From the NCBI GenBank assembly GCA_051294375.1, contig JBJCIZ010000287.1, forward strand, positions 1-7,040: a DNA stretch of 7,040 nt, written 5' to 3'. Of the stretch, positions 6,774 through 7,040 are shown piece after piece. The translations under genes and the position numbers were made by a program. This stretch comes from Paraspadella gotoi (Eukaryota > Animalia > Chaetognatha). Position 1 is the stretch's first letter; each line of letters begins with the position of its first letter. The notes beneath the pieces are model-generated. The model saw only the letters and a list, made by a program, of their open reading frames with translations. It had not been told where the DNA came from and searched no databases.

Positions 6774-6830
6774 CGACGACCACACGGACAACGACAACAA
6801 CACAACAACAAGAACAACAACGACCAACCA
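6774..6830 (+). repeat. Degenerate (ACA/ACG)n repeat
   Basis: GACAACGACAACAACACAACAACAAGAACAACAACGAC. Confidence 0.75.
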
Positions 6831-6997
6831 AAATGTTATCAAAACCACAGCGACCACAGGGAACGAAAACGAGATCAACAATGATCAACACAGATACTAG
6901 AAACACGGTTAATGTCAGTTTAAAATTTTTAATCTTATATTTTAAAATAAGATATAATTTAATGGCTCTCTTTTCCTAGAGTGCCCATTTTTATTCG

Positions 6998-7036
6998 TTT
7001 ACCCTAATCCCTAATCCTTTACCCTAACCCTAAACC
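6998..7036 (+). repeat. Short degenerate telomere-like (CCCTAA-type) interstitial repeat
   Basis: Units CCCTAAT, CCCTAAT, CCTTTA, CCCTAA and CCCTAAA. It can also be read as a duplication TTTACCCTAATCCCTAATCC / TTTACCCTAACCCTAAACC. Confidence 0.7.
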
Positions 7037-7040
7037 GCTG

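Noticed and set aside
4683-6802. Apparent inverted match between the (GTT/GTC)n and (ACA/ACG)n tracts as transposon TIRs
   Set aside because: The complementarity is confined to low-complexity trinucleotide sequence. The flanks do not match and no TSD is evident.
5692-6881. Long F/L/S-rich minus-strand ORFs (up to 291 aa) that look like membrane proteins
   Set aside because: They arise from polypyrimidine sequence open in several frames at once, a typical low-complexity artefact.

Overview
Eukaryotic-looking, mostly non-coding, microsatellite-rich DNA. I see no prokaryotic genes, rRNA/tRNA, CRISPR array or transposase, and almost every ORF in the track is a translation artefact of (GA)n or purine-rich tracts. 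About nine GA/purine tracts lie on the + strand and separate blocks of very different character: purine minisatellites, AT-rich stretches, a GC/CpG-rich block and telomere-like repeats. The window may therefore be a mosaic or chimeric assembly. The best non-trivial signals are four. (1) A 98-nt minus-strand exon candidate (5358-5261) lies between (CT)45-CAG and GTAAGT and encodes a peptide resembling the first extracellular loop of claudin/TARP-type proteins. (2) A minus-strand start micro-exon CAAGATGGCGGATAAAGAG|GTAAGT (1165-1151) may splice to give a 23-aa peptide. (3) A ~145-bp DINE-1/HINE-like element (841-985) has a diverged inverted copy at 1288-1339. (4) A 29-bp AT-rich palindrome with a third arm lies at 3371-3409. 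I cannot support a claim of a new multi-gene system from this sequence alone.
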